A DNA stretch of 64,000 bases from Betaproteobacteria bacterium. Lineage in GTDB: Bacteria > Pseudomonadota > Gammaproteobacteria > Burkholderiales > Casimicrobiaceae. Positions 1-9,739 of this stretch are shown here, in pieces. The position numbers and the translations under genes were made by a program. The notes under the pieces are model-generated. The model was not told where the DNA came from. It did no database searches and saw only the letters and a program-made list of their open reading frames with translations. The stretch spans positions 9,276-73,275 of the forward strand of contig WRFN01000004.1 of the NCBI GenBank assembly GCA_009778785.1, given 5' to 3'. Every line of letters begins with the position of its first letter. Within the stretch, counting starts at the first letter, position 1.

Positions 1-792
1 GTCTGGCGTCCGCGTCTGCGGAACGTTTGAACCCCAAGCGATGATGTACGAAGCGTTGTACCAGTCAGCGGATTCGGGCACGTCGGTTTGCTCGCCCCAA
101 GTCATCGGCGAGGCTGGCGGCAAGTCGCAATACCAGTCGTAAAAGCTCAGGCAAGCGCCGCCGATGAGCGACAGGTAACGCGCCCCCGCCGCATACGACA
201 CCATCGACATCGCCGGAATCGGCGAAAAGCCGATGATGCGATCGGGGCCGAAGGTCTTGGCCGTATAAACATTGGCGGCGGCGATCATTTCGTTGGCTTC
301 CTGCCAATCGAAACGCACGAAGCCGCCCATGCCGCGCTGCTTCTTGTAGAGCGCCGTTTTGGTTTTGTCTTCGACAATCGACGCCCAGGCGTTGACCGGA
401 TCGGCGTTCTTCTGGCGCGCTTCGCGCCAGAGCGAAACCAGCGCTTTGCGCACCAGCGGATACTTGATCCGGGTGGCGCTGTACAGATACCACGAGTAGC
501 TGGCGCCGCGCGGGCAACCACGCGGTTCGTGGTTAGGCATGCCGGGGCGCGTTCTCGGATAATCCGTTTGCTGCGTTTCCCAAGTCACCAGACCGTTCTT
601 GACGTAAATCTTCCAACTACACGAACCCGTGCAGTTGACGCCGTGCGTCGAGCGGACGATTTTGTCGTACTGCCAGCGCATCCGATAACTGTCTTCCCAG
701 TCGCGGTTGCGCGTCTCGGTTTGCCCGTGCCCTTGGGCAAAAGGCTCGCTGCCTTGAACAAAATAGCGAAGACGATCAAAAAATCGGCTCAT
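1..792 (-). CDS. narG: respiratory nitrate reductase alpha subunit, N-terminal 264 codons (gene runs off left edge)
   Basis: The minus-strand frame is open from the ATG at 790-792 to the window edge. It is missing from the ORF track because there is no stop in the window. My translation is [105 protein letters not shown]..., the conserved NarG N-terminus including the HGVNCTGSC cluster motif. A GGAGGT Shine-Dalgarno sits at 799-804 (rc). Confidence 0.9.
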   Translation of the reverse strand, partial: MSRFFDRLRYFVQGSEPFAQGHGQTETRNRDWEDSYRMRWQYDKIVRSTHGVNCTGSCSWKIYVKNGLVTWETQQTDYPRTRPGMPNHEPRGCPRGASYSWYLYSATRIKYPLVRKALVSLWREARQKNADPVNAWASIVEDKTKTALYKKQRGMGGFVRFDWQEANEMIAAANVYTAKTFGPDRIIGFSPIPAMSMVSYAAGARYLSLIGGACLSFYDWYCDLPPASPMTWGEQTDVPESADWYNASYIIAWGSNVPQTRTPD

Positions 793-804
793 CGTATTAC
801 CTCC

Positions 805-2220
805 TTACTTTTTACCCACAGTCCAGAACCTGCCATAGCGTTCGACATCGTGCAGCACGCCGCCCTTGCGGCTGTAAACAAACCAAGTGATGATCACGCA
901 AGTCACATAGAAGCCGAGGAATACCCACATCGCGTTCAGCGGGCCGATTCCACCAGGTCTATAGGCGTAGGGGATCAGGAAGAACCCGTAGGCGGCAATC
1001 GCGGAAGTGAAGCCGGTGATCGCGGCAGATTCTTTTTCAGCCTGACGTTGGCGCACTTCGGCGCTCGCTTCCGGCATCAGCCGAATCACTTCCTGCCGCA
1101 TGATGTTGGGGATCATCTGGAACGTGGAGGCATTGCCCACGCCGGTGGCCGCGAACAGAATCAGGAACGAAATGAAGTAACCCACGAAGGAATGAACACT
1201 GATGAAGTAGATCACTGCCAGCACTGCCAGAATCATCACAATGAACACCCAGAAGCTGACGCGCGCGCCGCCCACTTTATCGGACAGCCAGCCTGTTGCC
1301 GAGCGCGATAGCGCCCCGAGCAGGGGACCGACGAAAACTACCGGCATGATCGTAGCCCAGACTTCCGGGAACAGTGTTTTCGTCAGCAACGGAAAACCGG
1401 CGGCGTAGCCGATGAATGAGCCGAAGGTGCCCATGTAGAGCCAGCACATCAGCCAGTTGTGTTTGCGCTTGAAGATCACCGACTGATCTGAAAACGAGGT
1501 TCTAGCCGAAGCGATGTTGTTCATGCCGAACCAGGCCGCCAGCGCGAAGATCACTATAAACGGCACCCAGATGAGCGCGGCGTTTTGCAGCCAGATATTG
1601 GTGGAGCCGACCAGTACTGCAGTACCGCCGAACGGGATGGCGAATTTGATCACCTGCGGCCCGACGAGTTGCACCACGCTCACACCCAGGTTGCCGAAGC
1701 CGGCATTGAGCGCCAGCGCGTTGCCCTTTTGCGCGCGCGGGAAAAAGAACGAGATATTGGACATCGACGAAGCGAAATTACCGCCGCCCAAACCTGCCAG
1801 CAGCGCCAGCACGGCAAAGACCCAGTAAGGCGTGGACGGATTCTGCACCGCGTAGCCGATGCCGACGGCGGGAATCAAGAGCGACAGCGTGACCAGCGTC
1901 GTCCACAGCCGTCCGCCGAAAATCGGCACCATGAAGGAATAGAAGATTCTGAGCGTGCCGCCCGACAATCCGGCCAGCCCCACCAGCCAAAACAATTGAT
2001 CGCCTGTAAATTTGAATCCGATCGATGTCAGTTGAGGCACGGTGATCGACCAAACCTGCCAGATAACGAAGGCCAGCAACAGCGCCGGAATGGAAATCCA
2101 CAGATTCCGGTTGGCGATCGCTTTGCCTTCGTTCTGCCAGAAGGAATGATCTTCCGGCATCCACGTCGTCAGCGTTTTGCCATCCTGTTGACTTGATACT
2201 TTAGGGTTAGGTGTATTCAC
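805..2220 (-). CDS. narK: MFS nitrate/nitrite transporter (NarK2-type)
   Basis: 471-aa polytopic ORF with a GTG start and an AGGA 6 nt upstream. It carries an NNP-family signature (NAGFGNLGVSV) and lies immediately upstream of narG in the same orientation. Confidence 0.85.
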   Translation of the reverse strand: MNTPNPKVSSQQDGKTLTTWMPEDHSFWQNEGKAIANRNLWISIPALLLAFVIWQVWSITVPQLTSIGFKFTGDQLFWLVGLAGLSGGTLRIFYSFMVPIFGGRLWTTLVTLSLLIPAVGIGYAVQNPSTPYWVFAVLALLAGLGGGNFASSMSNISFFFPRAQKGNALALNAGFGNLGVSVVQLVGPQVIKFAIPFGGTAVLVGSTNIWLQNAALIWVPFIVIFALAAWFGMNNIASARTSFSDQSVIFKRKHNWLMCWLYMGTFGSFIGYAAGFPLLTKTLFPEVWATIMPVVFVGPLLGALSRSATGWLSDKVGGARVSFWVFIVMILAVLAVIYFISVHSFVGYFISFLILFAATGVGNASTFQMIPNIMRQEVIRLMPEASAEVRQRQAEKESAAITGFTSAIAAYGFFLIPYAYRPGGIGPLNAMWVFLGFYVTCVIITWFVYSRKGGVLHDVERYGRFWTVGKK

Positions 2221-2249
2221 AATATGTCCTTGCTACGTTAGTCTTGGTT

Positions 2250-2280
2250 AAAAACTTGAAGCCCCTGTGAAAGCGGGCTT
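2250..2280 (-). terminator. intercistronic hairpin between narK1 and narK2 (attenuator/terminator-like)
   Basis: AAGCCC (2259-2264) pairs with GGGCTT (2275-2280) across a 10-nt loop. On the minus strand a T5 run (A-run 2250-2254) follows after 4 nt. Confidence 0.35.
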
Positions 2281-2296
2281 TTCTGAAAAGTAAAAT

Positions 2297-3631
2297 TTAA
2301 TCCGTGCTGCGGTTGCGTATTTCGGTAAAGTACATCCAGATCAATGAGATGATTACTACGACGAGCATCAACATGAAAGCGGTCGAACGCACGCCGGTGA
2401 GTTGTTGCAAATAGCCGAACCCTTTCGGGAACAGAAAGCCTCCCAAGCCGCCCCACAGGCCCACCGCGCCGCTGACAGCGCCAACGTTGGCCTTGTATTC
2501 ATTGCCGACATACTTGAACACGCTGGCTTTGCCGATGGCGACCACGACACCCAGCAGGAACAGCATGATGGTGAAAACGTAAACGTTCAGACCGCCGGCG
2601 CCAAGGGTTTTGGGGCCCGGATAGCTCAAGATGATCAGACAGACGCAACTCACCACCATCACCCAGAAGGTGACGCGGTGGGCGCCGAACTTGTCCGAGA
2701 TGAAGCCGCCGGCCGCGCGCACCGCGCCGCCGGGAAGTGCGAAGCAGGCCGTCAGGAACCCCGCATCGATCAGGCTCATGTCGTATTCGTCATGAAAATA
2801 CTGTGCCAGCCACAGGCTCAATCCCACGTAACCGCCGAATACGAAGAAGTAATACAAGCAATACTTCATCACCGTGGTGTCGCCCATCACACGGATCTGA
2901 TCGGTCCAGCGGGTAGTGGGGGGCACCAGATGCTTCGGGTGGCTGTAGCTGAATAGCCAGAACACGATGACCGTGCCTAGCATGATTGCTGCATAGACGT
3001 GCGGGACGATCTTCCAACTGCCGGCTACCGCAGCGCCACCAGCCATCGCGATCAGCGTCGGAGCAAGAAGCTTGTTGACCGCCGCGCCCGAGTTGCCGGC
3101 GCCGAAAATCCCCATCGCCGTGCCTTTCAGGCGCGTGGGGAACCAGCGCGAAACGTAGGGCGTACCGACTGAGAACGATCCGCCGGCCAAGCCCATCAGC
3201 AGCCCGATCACGATGAACTGCCAATACTCGGTAGCGTAAGCGATGCACCAGGTGGTGGGTACCGTGATCGCCAGCAATATGGTCATCACGATGCGGCCGC
3301 CGTACTTGTCGGTCCATATCCCCAGCGGCACGCGAATCAGCGAACCGGAGAGCACCGGCATGGCAACCAGCGTGGCAAAATCGGACTGGGAGAGATGCAG
3401 CACGTTGTCGCGCAGCGGAACGCCGACGATGGCGAACATCATCCAGATCATAAAGCAAACTGTGAAAGCCAGCGTGCTGGCAAACAGCGTGCTCCAAGAC
3501 TGGAACGGGATCTTGGACGACTTTTTACCGGATGAAGAAGATGACCGACTGTCCTCTATTCGGCGTGGAGCGTCATCGACCAGCGCCAGAGCGGGAGAAG
3601 CAGATTCGGAACGAACAAGATTGGAAGCCAT
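2297..3631 (-). CDS. narK: MFS nitrate/nitrite transporter (NarK1-type)
   Basis: 444-aa polytopic ORF with an ATG start and an NNP-like GIFGAGNSGAAV motif. It is the first gene of the narK1-narK2-narG string. Confidence 0.85.
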   Translation of the reverse strand: MASNLVRSESASPALALVDDAPRRIEDSRSSSSSGKKSSKIPFQSWSTLFASTLAFTVCFMIWMMFAIVGVPLRDNVLHLSQSDFATLVAMPVLSGSLIRVPLGIWTDKYGGRIVMTILLAITVPTTWCIAYATEYWQFIVIGLLMGLAGGSFSVGTPYVSRWFPTRLKGTAMGIFGAGNSGAAVNKLLAPTLIAMAGGAAVAGSWKIVPHVYAAIMLGTVIVFWLFSYSHPKHLVPPTTRWTDQIRVMGDTTVMKYCLYYFFVFGGYVGLSLWLAQYFHDEYDMSLIDAGFLTACFALPGGAVRAAGGFISDKFGAHRVTFWVMVVSCVCLIILSYPGPKTLGAGGLNVYVFTIMLFLLGVVVAIGKASVFKYVGNEYKANVGAVSGAVGLWGGLGGFLFPKGFGYLQQLTGVRSTAFMLMLVVVIISLIWMYFTEIRNRSTD

Positions 3632-3707
3632 GGACCACCCTTGGTTACAGTATGTTGGTTATTGAAAAATATTTGGCGCAACAATAAGGCGACAGGGGAA
3701 AAATCAT

Positions 3708-3721
3708 TTGATGTACATCAA
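3708..3721. promoter_or_regulatory. FNR/Anr-type box TTGAT-GTAC-ATCAA
   Basis: Exact palindrome TTGATGTACATCAA, matching the TTGAT-N4-ATCAA consensus. It is centred about 83 bp upstream of the narK1 ATG in the divergent narK1/narX intergenic region. Confidence 0.6.
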
Positions 3722-3869
3722 TAACAACTGAGTGAAAAAATCCCCCGTGACTAAAACGCCCTACTTAAGTGGTAAACTTTTTTGCAGTAAAATCTCTGTA
3801 AATTCAAGCAGCTAGCAAAACCGATGTAACGGTGTATTTTCCCCTGTTACAGGTCGGGCTTTTTGGAAG

Positions 3870-3876
3870 TACCTCT
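3870..3876 (+). promoter_or_regulatory. candidate NarL heptamer TACCTCT
   Basis: Fits TACYYMT exactly and lies 36-42 bp upstream of the narX ATG. A single heptamer is weak evidence. Confidence 0.25.
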
Positions 3877-3911
3877 TTTGAATTATGTGAAATTTTTGGC
3901 AACGACAGGCC

Positions 3912-5678
3912 ATGACCGCGATGAATGAAAGCTCCTCTGCCGGCAATCCCAAAAAGTCGGCCACTTTTTTTTCTCTCGTGCAACAAGGGGCGTTACTGAT
4001 CGCGCTTTTCTGCGCGCTGGTGCTGGTCAGCATGGCGAGCGTCACCGGGCTGACGATTCGCGTTCAAGGTAACGCCCACGCGATCAACAAGGCCGGCACG
4101 TTGCGGATGCAGAGTTACCGGCTGCTCGCCAACGTCAGCCTGACGCCCGGCGCCAGCGACCGCCTGCACAACCTCGCCGATGCGTTCGAGGCGGATATCA
4201 ACAGCGAATCACTGAGTTCCGTCCTCAACCGGGAGGGGCTTGGAAGCGATTTGCAGCGCCTTCAGAATGATTGGCAAACAGTTTTACGCCCCGGTTTGCT
4301 TCGTCACGACAACATGCCGCTTGTTGCCGAGCAGGTGAGCACTTTCGTGCAACACATCGACGCTCTGGTCGTCAGCCTCGAAGAAAAAACCGAACAACAC
4401 ATTCAGCAGACGATTCTTCTGCAAAAGCTTTTTATTGTGTTTTCGCTGCTGTCCGTAATCGCTTTTGTTTTTTATTCTCGCCACCGCATCGTCTTTCCCC
4501 TGCGCAAACTGCTGGGGCTGGCTTCGGCCATTCAGCACCGCAATTTCAAGCCACGCGTTTTCCTCCGGCACCACGACGAACTTCAGTTGCTGGCGCAAAC
4601 GCTGAACACCGCCGCTCACGAGCTTGAGCAGAGCTATCAAAGCCTCGAAAGCCGAATCGCCGAGAAGACCACTGATTTGCAGCAGAAAAACGAAACGCTG
4701 GCCTTTCTTTATGAGGCATTGCGGGCGTTGTACCATCAGGGTGCTTACGACAACCGCTCGTTGCACGAGCGCTTCGTTGCCATTTTAGATCGCGTCAAAA
4801 TCCTTTTGCCCTTCAGTAAGCTGACCCTCACCCTCGAGCGTCGCTCGCCGCCGCCCTTCCCGCAGATGCCCGCATCCGGCTCCCAGCGTTGGGAGCTGGC
4901 CGACGCGCAGACTTCCTACGGCTGGATCGAAGGGCGCTTGCTTCCCGACACCCCGCTCATCGAAGAACAGCGCCGCCTGATGTTGCTGCTGGTCGATACC
5001 TTCGTCGTCGCACTGGTGCTGGAAGACCAAAACCACCAGCGCGAGCAGTGGTTGTTGACCGAGGAGCGAACGGTGATTGCCCGCGAGTTACACGATTCGA
5101 TGGCGCAGTCCCTCTCCTACCTCAAGCTGCGGTTGGCCACCCTGCAAATGCAGCCGACGTTATCGAAAGAAGAGCTTCACACGGCGCTGACGGAAATGCG
5201 CAACGAAGTCAACGCCGCTTACCGGAAACTGCGCGAATTGTTGACGACTTTCCGGCTGCAACTTGATCAGCCCGGCATCGACGCGGCGCTCAGAAAAACG
5301 GTCGAGGAATTCAGCCTTCGCCTCGGTTTTCCGATCGATGGCGACATTCAACTGCTCACGATGTTGCCCGCCGACAAAACCATCCACCTGCTGCATATCG
5401 CGCGCGAGGCTTTTTACAACATCGAAAAACATTCCGGCGCCACTCAGGCGTCGCTCAAAGCGTCGCACATCGGAGACGAAATTGTGATGGACATCACCGA
5501 CAATGGCTGCGGTCTGCCGGAAGATTGCGAGAAAAGAAGCCACTACGGCCTTGCCATCATGCGCGACCGCGCGCAAAGCCTCGGCGGCGTTTTCCGGATC
5601 AGCAACAAGCCGGAAGGCGGCGTTGAAGTGCACGTCGCTTTCCAGCAACCGCAACACACCACACTGGCCGACGAATAG
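3912..5678 (+). CDS. narX: nitrate/nitrite sensor histidine kinase
   Basis: 588 aa with two N-terminal TM segments flanking a periplasmic region that carries the P-box [15 protein letters not shown]. It has a HAMP region, an H-box ([16 protein letters not shown]) and an ATPase (DNGCGLP). Confidence 0.9.
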   Translation: MTAMNESSSAGNPKKSATFFSLVQQGALLIALFCALVLVSMASVTGLTIRVQGNAHAINKAGTLRMQSYRLLANVSLTPGASDRLHNLADAFEADINSESLSSVLNREGLGSDLQRLQNDWQTVLRPGLLRHDNMPLVAEQVSTFVQHIDALVVSLEEKTEQHIQQTILLQKLFIVFSLLSVIAFVFYSRHRIVFPLRKLLGLASAIQHRNFKPRVFLRHHDELQLLAQTLNTAAHELEQSYQSLESRIAEKTTDLQQKNETLAFLYEALRALYHQGAYDNRSLHERFVAILDRVKILLPFSKLTLTLERRSPPPFPQMPASGSQRWELADAQTSYGWIEGRLLPDTPLIEEQRRLMLLLVDTFVVALVLEDQNHQREQWLLTEERTVIARELHDSMAQSLSYLKLRLATLQMQPTLSKEELHTALTEMRNEVNAAYRKLRELLTTFRLQLDQPGIDAALRKTVEEFSLRLGFPIDGDIQLLTMLPADKTIHLLHIAREAFYNIEKHSGATQASLKASHIGDEIVMDITDNGCGLPEDCEKRSHYGLAIMRDRAQSLGGVFRISNKPEGGVEVHVAFQQPQHTTLADE

Positions 5679-5718
5679 CACGAAGAAGGCGTATCATCAC
5701 ACCATCAGGGGAAATGCC

Positions 5719-6375
5719 ATGAATGAAGAAACACCCGCCACTGTTATTCTGATCGACGACCATCCAATGCTGCGCAGCGGCATCAAACACCTCTTGTCGA
5801 TGACCCCAGACCTGGCCGTCATCGCCGAGACGGGCGACGGCGCTAAAGGCATTGAATTGGCGCGCGAGCACGACCCCGACCTGATTCTTCTTGATCTCAA
5901 CATGCCCGGCACGACCGGGCAGGAGACTTTGATCGGCTTGCGACAACAACCGCTGTCGGGACGCATCATCGTGTTCACTGTTTCCAACCACGAAGAAGAC
6001 ATCACCAACGCCTTCAAGAGCGGCGCCGACGGCTACTTGCTTAAGGACATGGAGCCGGAAGACCTCCTCGCCGCGTTGAGGCAAGCCGCCATCGGCGAGA
6101 TGGTGTTGAGCGATTCGCTCAAACCCGTGCTCATCCACAGCCTGCGGGAAAAAAGTGCGCCCGGCGGCGAACGCCGCCTCGATGAATTGACGACGCGCGA
6201 ACGGGATGTTTTGGGGCTGATCGCCGCAGGTTTTTCCAACAAAACCGTTGCGAACCGGCTCAACATCACCGAAAGCACCGTCAAGGTGCACGTCAAAAAT
6301 CTGCTCAAGAAACTGAAACTCCGCTCGCGCGTCGAGGCCGCCGTCTGGTTTACGCAGAAACAAAAGGACAAGTAG
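5719..6375 (+). CDS. narL: nitrate/nitrite response regulator (NarL/FixJ family)
   Basis: In-frame ATG at 5719 ([19 protein letters not shown]...). It has a receiver domain and a C-terminal LuxR-type HTH ([43 protein letters not shown]). The track ORF start at 5503 would overlap narX. Confidence 0.9.
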   Translation: MNEETPATVILIDDHPMLRSGIKHLLSMTPDLAVIAETGDGAKGIELAREHDPDLILLDLNMPGTTGQETLIGLRQQPLSGRIIVFTVSNHEEDITNAFKSGADGYLLKDMEPEDLLAALRQAAIGEMVLSDSLKPVLIHSLREKSAPGGERRLDELTTRERDVLGLIAAGFSNKTVANRLNITESTVKVHVKNLLKKLKLRSRVEAAVWFTQKQKDK

Positions 6376-6423
6376 GCAAATGGCCCAACGGGGCAGGCGT
6401 CGGAAAAATATTTGCGACCGAAG

Positions 6424-7452
6424 TCAATGCTCCACCTTCAAGTAAAGTTGTAACGTCTTTTTTTCGGGTGGTTTGACTCTCTCGAAGCGAAGGCGCTGAT
6501 CGTCGCCGACAATGGCAAATTCCGGCGGCGGCAGAGCATGGCTCAGCGCTTCGAGCATGCGCTGACGGAAGGCTTCGAGTTGTTGGTCGGCGCTGCACAC
6601 GCCTTTTTCACTGAGGTAAAATCCGGCATGGTTTGCCTCGCCGATGGCAAACGACGGTTGCCCGTCGTTGCAGCCGCCGCCGCTGCGGCGCAAGACCCAA
6701 ACTGCGTCATCCGTGATGGCGAAAACGATGTCTTGTTTGAACAGTTGGATCGCCATCTGATTTTCCAAGTTCTCCCCTTCGTCGGGAGCGTTCTGCCCAA
6801 GCCAGTCGCTGACGGAAATCAGTTTCGACGGCGCCAGCATTTCAAACGAAAAACCGCTGGGCAAGGTTACTTGCCAAGGGCCGCTGCGTTGCATGGTTTC
6901 GCGGTAAAAAGCGGGAAGACGGGTTCCCAAGCGTTTTTCAGCCGCCGCGATGTCCCCGTTGTCAACCGGCCCAGGTATTTGCCAGAGGATTCGATCGGTG
7001 GATGGAGAATCCGGATCGGCGCGGTTGATGTCGCGCATGACGCCCTGCCAGACGGTCAAAAATCCGGCCAAGGCCGTGGGCCGACCGACGACTTCCGTCA
7101 AATAATCGTGCGCCAGCAAAATTCCCTGCCCCTCCACTTTGACACGCTTCCCCGGCTTCATCCGCGCAAATCCGTTCAGTTCATACCGGAACGGCTTGCT
7201 GATTTCTGGTAAAGACATTTCGGCGGAATCATAGAGATAATCAACGTGGATTTCCCCCGCCGGTTGTTTGGTCAGCCCCAGAGTAATACCGACTGTTTCT
7301 TCGATTTGGTCGCGGTCGAGGGTTTGCGCCACCACCGGGCCTGCCACTGTTCCGGAATCTTGCGCCCATCCCAAGGCACTGATACCGCCCAGCAGCAGTC
7401 CGACGAGGATGGCCGAGGCTGTTTTTCGTTCAAAGCATAATTGCTTTTTCAT
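6424..7452 (-). CDS. secreted hypothetical protein with SUKH/SMI1-KNR4-like C-terminal half
   Basis: ATG at 7452 gives MKKQLCFERKTASAILVGLLLGGISALGWA/QD, a signal peptide. Residues about 175-290 (nt 6616-6963) read IAAAEKRLGTRLPAFYRETMQRSG...FEMLAPSKLISVSDW...IVFAITDDAVWVL, resembling the SMI1/KNR4 pattern. The family call is by eye only. Confidence 0.6.
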   Translation of the reverse strand: MKKQLCFERKTASAILVGLLLGGISALGWAQDSGTVAGPVVAQTLDRDQIEETVGITLGLTKQPAGEIHVDYLYDSAEMSLPEISKPFRYELNGFARMKPGKRVKVEGQGILLAHDYLTEVVGRPTALAGFLTVWQGVMRDINRADPDSPSTDRILWQIPGPVDNGDIAAAEKRLGTRLPAFYRETMQRSGPWQVTLPSGFSFEMLAPSKLISVSDWLGQNAPDEGENLENQMAIQLFKQDIVFAITDDAVWVLRRSGGGCNDGQPSFAIGEANHAGFYLSEKGVCSADQQLEAFRQRMLEALSHALPPPEFAIVGDDQRLRFERVKPPEKKTLQLYLKVEH

Positions 7453-7522
7453 GGTTTTTACCAACAATAAATCTATTAAAATCAATTTATTACAATAAAA
7501 ATTTCAAGTTATTTCGAGTTAT

Positions 7523-8878
7523 TTATCCTTGAGCCGCCAGCGCTTCATCCAGCCGCGAGACACCGATGATCTCGATGTCTTCAGTGGAACGCTTGGGTTT
7601 GTTGAGGGTGGGCACCAGAATTTTCTGAAATCCCAGTTTTGCCGCCTCTCGAATTCGCTCCTGCCCGCGCTGTACCGGCCTGATTTCTCCGGCCAGCCCA
7701 ACTTCACCAAACACTGTCAGTTTGCTTTCCAATGCCTTGTTTTTGCAGGAAGAATAGACTGCCATTAAGACCGCCAAATCGGCCGCCGGCTCGTCGATCC
7801 GAACGCCGCCGACGACGTTGATAAACACGTCGAAACCGCCGATCTGGGTGCCGCCGTGCCGGTGCAGCACGGCCAGCAAAAGCGCCAGCCGCTGCGGATC
7901 GACACCCACTGCCAGCCGTCGCGGCGTCATGCCCGCCATCACCGGATCGACTAGCGCTTGAATCTCCACCAGCAGCGGTCGCGAGCCTTCCATCGTTGCC
8001 ATCACCGCTGTCCCCGGCACCGGCTGCGCGTGGCGCGACAAAAACAGCGCCGACGGATTCGCCACGCCTTTGAGACCGTGCTCGGTCATCCCGAAAACGC
8101 CTAACTCGTTGGCCGCGCCGAAGCGATTTTTCATCGTGCGGATCAGCCGGTAACTGGAGTGGGTATCGCCCTCGAAATAGAGCACCGCGTCCACGATGTG
8201 CTCCAGAACCCGCGGCCCGGCAATCGCGCCCTCTTTCGTCACATGCCCGATCAGCACCAGCACGATGCCGCGCTCCTTGGCGAGACGGGTAAACCGCGCC
8301 GCGCACTCGCGCACCTGCGCTACGCTCCCCGGCGCCGAATTGAGATTTTCCGTGTACATGGTCTGGATCGAGTCGATCACCACCACTTCCGGGCGCGCTT
8401 TTTCCAGCATCGCCAGAATCGCTTCCAGTTGAACTTCGGCCAGAAGCTCCACCGGCGCGTTGATCAACCCCAGCCGATGCGCCCGCAGCGCCACCTGCTC
8501 GACCGATTCCTCGCCGGTGACGTACAGCACGCGGCGCGACGCGCCCAGCGCCGCCGTCGCCTGTAACAGCAAAGTCGATTTACCGATACCCGGATCGCCG
8601 CCGAGCAACACCACTTCGCCCGGCACGAAGCCGCCGCCCAGCACCCGATCGAATTCGCTCATGCCGGTCGGGATTCGGGGCACTTCGCTCGCTTCGACCG
8701 AACTCAGCGCCCGAATCTCCGAACGCGAACCGGCCAGATTGTCGAAGCGACGTGACGGCGGCACCGCGACCGTTTCAACCAGCGTGTTCCAAGCGTTGCA
8801 TTGTGGACACTGCCCCTGCCATTTCGGCATCTGACCACCGCATTCGGTGCACTGATAGAGCGTCTTCGCTTTGGGCAT
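7523..8878 (-). CDS. radA: DNA repair protein RadA/Sms
   Basis: N-terminal zinc finger CTECGGQMPKWQGQCPQC, Walker A GDPGIGKST, a KNRFG motif and a Lon-like C-terminal domain. Confidence 0.95.
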   Translation of the reverse strand: MPKAKTLYQCTECGGQMPKWQGQCPQCNAWNTLVETVAVPPSRRFDNLAGSRSEIRALSSVEASEVPRIPTGMSEFDRVLGGGFVPGEVVLLGGDPGIGKSTLLLQATAALGASRRVLYVTGEESVEQVALRAHRLGLINAPVELLAEVQLEAILAMLEKARPEVVVIDSIQTMYTENLNSAPGSVAQVRECAARFTRLAKERGIVLVLIGHVTKEGAIAGPRVLEHIVDAVLYFEGDTHSSYRLIRTMKNRFGAANELGVFGMTEHGLKGVANPSALFLSRHAQPVPGTAVMATMEGSRPLLVEIQALVDPVMAGMTPRRLAVGVDPQRLALLLAVLHRHGGTQIGGFDVFINVVGGVRIDEPAADLAVLMAVYSSCKNKALESKLTVFGEVGLAGEIRPVQRGQERIREAAKLGFQKILVPTLNKPKRSTEDIEIIGVSRLDEALAAQG

Positions 8879-8899
8879 CGGGTGAATCGGTGGGGAAAA

Positions 8900-9409
8900 T
8901 CAGCTTAGCGGCGGAATCCGCAGCGTCTGCCCCGGATAAATCTTGTCCGGGTTGGTCAGCATCGGACGGTTCGCCTCAAAAATCCGAGGATATTGGTTGC
9001 CTTTGCCTTTGCCGTAAAACCTTTCCGCGATCGCCCACAGCGTGTCGCCCTTCACGACGGTATACCACTGCGCCTCCGGCGCCGCCTGCTTGACCGTCAT
9101 CGTGTCTTCGACCTTATCGATACCCTGCGTATTGCCGCAGCAAAGCACGACTTTTTCGCGCGTTGCCTGATCGGCGGCTTCACCGGAAACGGTGACCTTG
9201 CCCTGCGCGGAGTTGACGATAACGTTGAGGCCATTGACCTGCAACCCCATCTTGTTGATGTAGCCGATGATGTTCATGGCCGCTTCGAGATCGGCCGCCT
9301 GATTGGCGACTTGCGCGCTCACGTCTGCCGCTGCCGGCGTTTGCGCTTGCGCTTTGCTGCCACCCAGCAATTTTTCGCCGGCTTCCTTGATGAAATTGAA
9401 AAGTCCCAT
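8900..9409 (-). CDS. BON + LysM domain protein (YgaU/Kbp-like)
   Basis: 169 aa. N-terminus MGLFNFIKEAGEKLLG, a central BON-like region and a C-terminal LysM (YTVVKGDTLWAIAERFYG...IYPGQTLRIP). Confidence 0.85.
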   Translation of the reverse strand: MGLFNFIKEAGEKLLGGSKAQAQTPAAADVSAQVANQAADLEAAMNIIGYINKMGLQVNGLNVIVNSAQGKVTVSGEAADQATREKVVLCCGNTQGIDKVEDTMTVKQAAPEAQWYTVVKGDTLWAIAERFYGKGKGNQYPRIFEANRPMLTNPDKIYPGQTLRIPPLS

Positions 9410-9739
9410 GATGTTTTCCTTTCGTAAAGTGATCGATTTTTACCCAAGAGAATTAAAGCACAGTACCTCATTCAGCCCGCACAAAGCGGCGCGCCAGTTG
9501 AATTTTACGTTGTTGCGACGATTTTGGGCAAAAAGACAACAAGCGCATGACCTCCCGCTTTCTCCGCGCTTGAGCTTCCGACCAATAACTTTGTCATAAA
9601 ATGAGAAGGTTTTTCTTTCGCCGACGAAGAGATAACCCACACGCCGACAACCTTTTTCTCATTCGGGATTTTGAAATCGCAACCCAAGCAGGAAAGTATT
9701 AAAGCTGCCAACGCGACGAAAAAAGGGCTTTGTTTGACT

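Noticed and set aside
88-1311. 407-aa plus-strand ORF, and similar long Arg/His/Gln-rich ORFs elsewhere (for example 14886-16559 +, 46867-48366 -, 44184-45416 +, 12246-13589 +, 23683-24819 +).
   Set aside because: All lie antisense to, or out of frame with, genes that have unmistakable conserved motifs (narG/narK, pntB, fumarate hydratase, pssA, hrpA, pheA). Their composition is the usual high-GC shadow-ORF signature.
3762-3774. TACTTAA / AGTGGTA as an inverted NarL heptamer pair.
   Set aside because: Each is 6/7 to the consensus and they overlap by 1 nt instead of the 7-2-7 spacing.
3965-3972. T8 homopolymer inside the narX N-terminal coding region, a possible slip-strand switch.
   Set aside because: The frame is intact and encodes a sensible TM segment (SATFFSLV). 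There is no evidence of variation from a single sequence.
5503-5718. 72-codon upstream extension of narL overlapping the narX 3' end.
   Set aside because: The receiver domain begins right after the ATG at 5719, and the extension is out-of-frame narX sequence.
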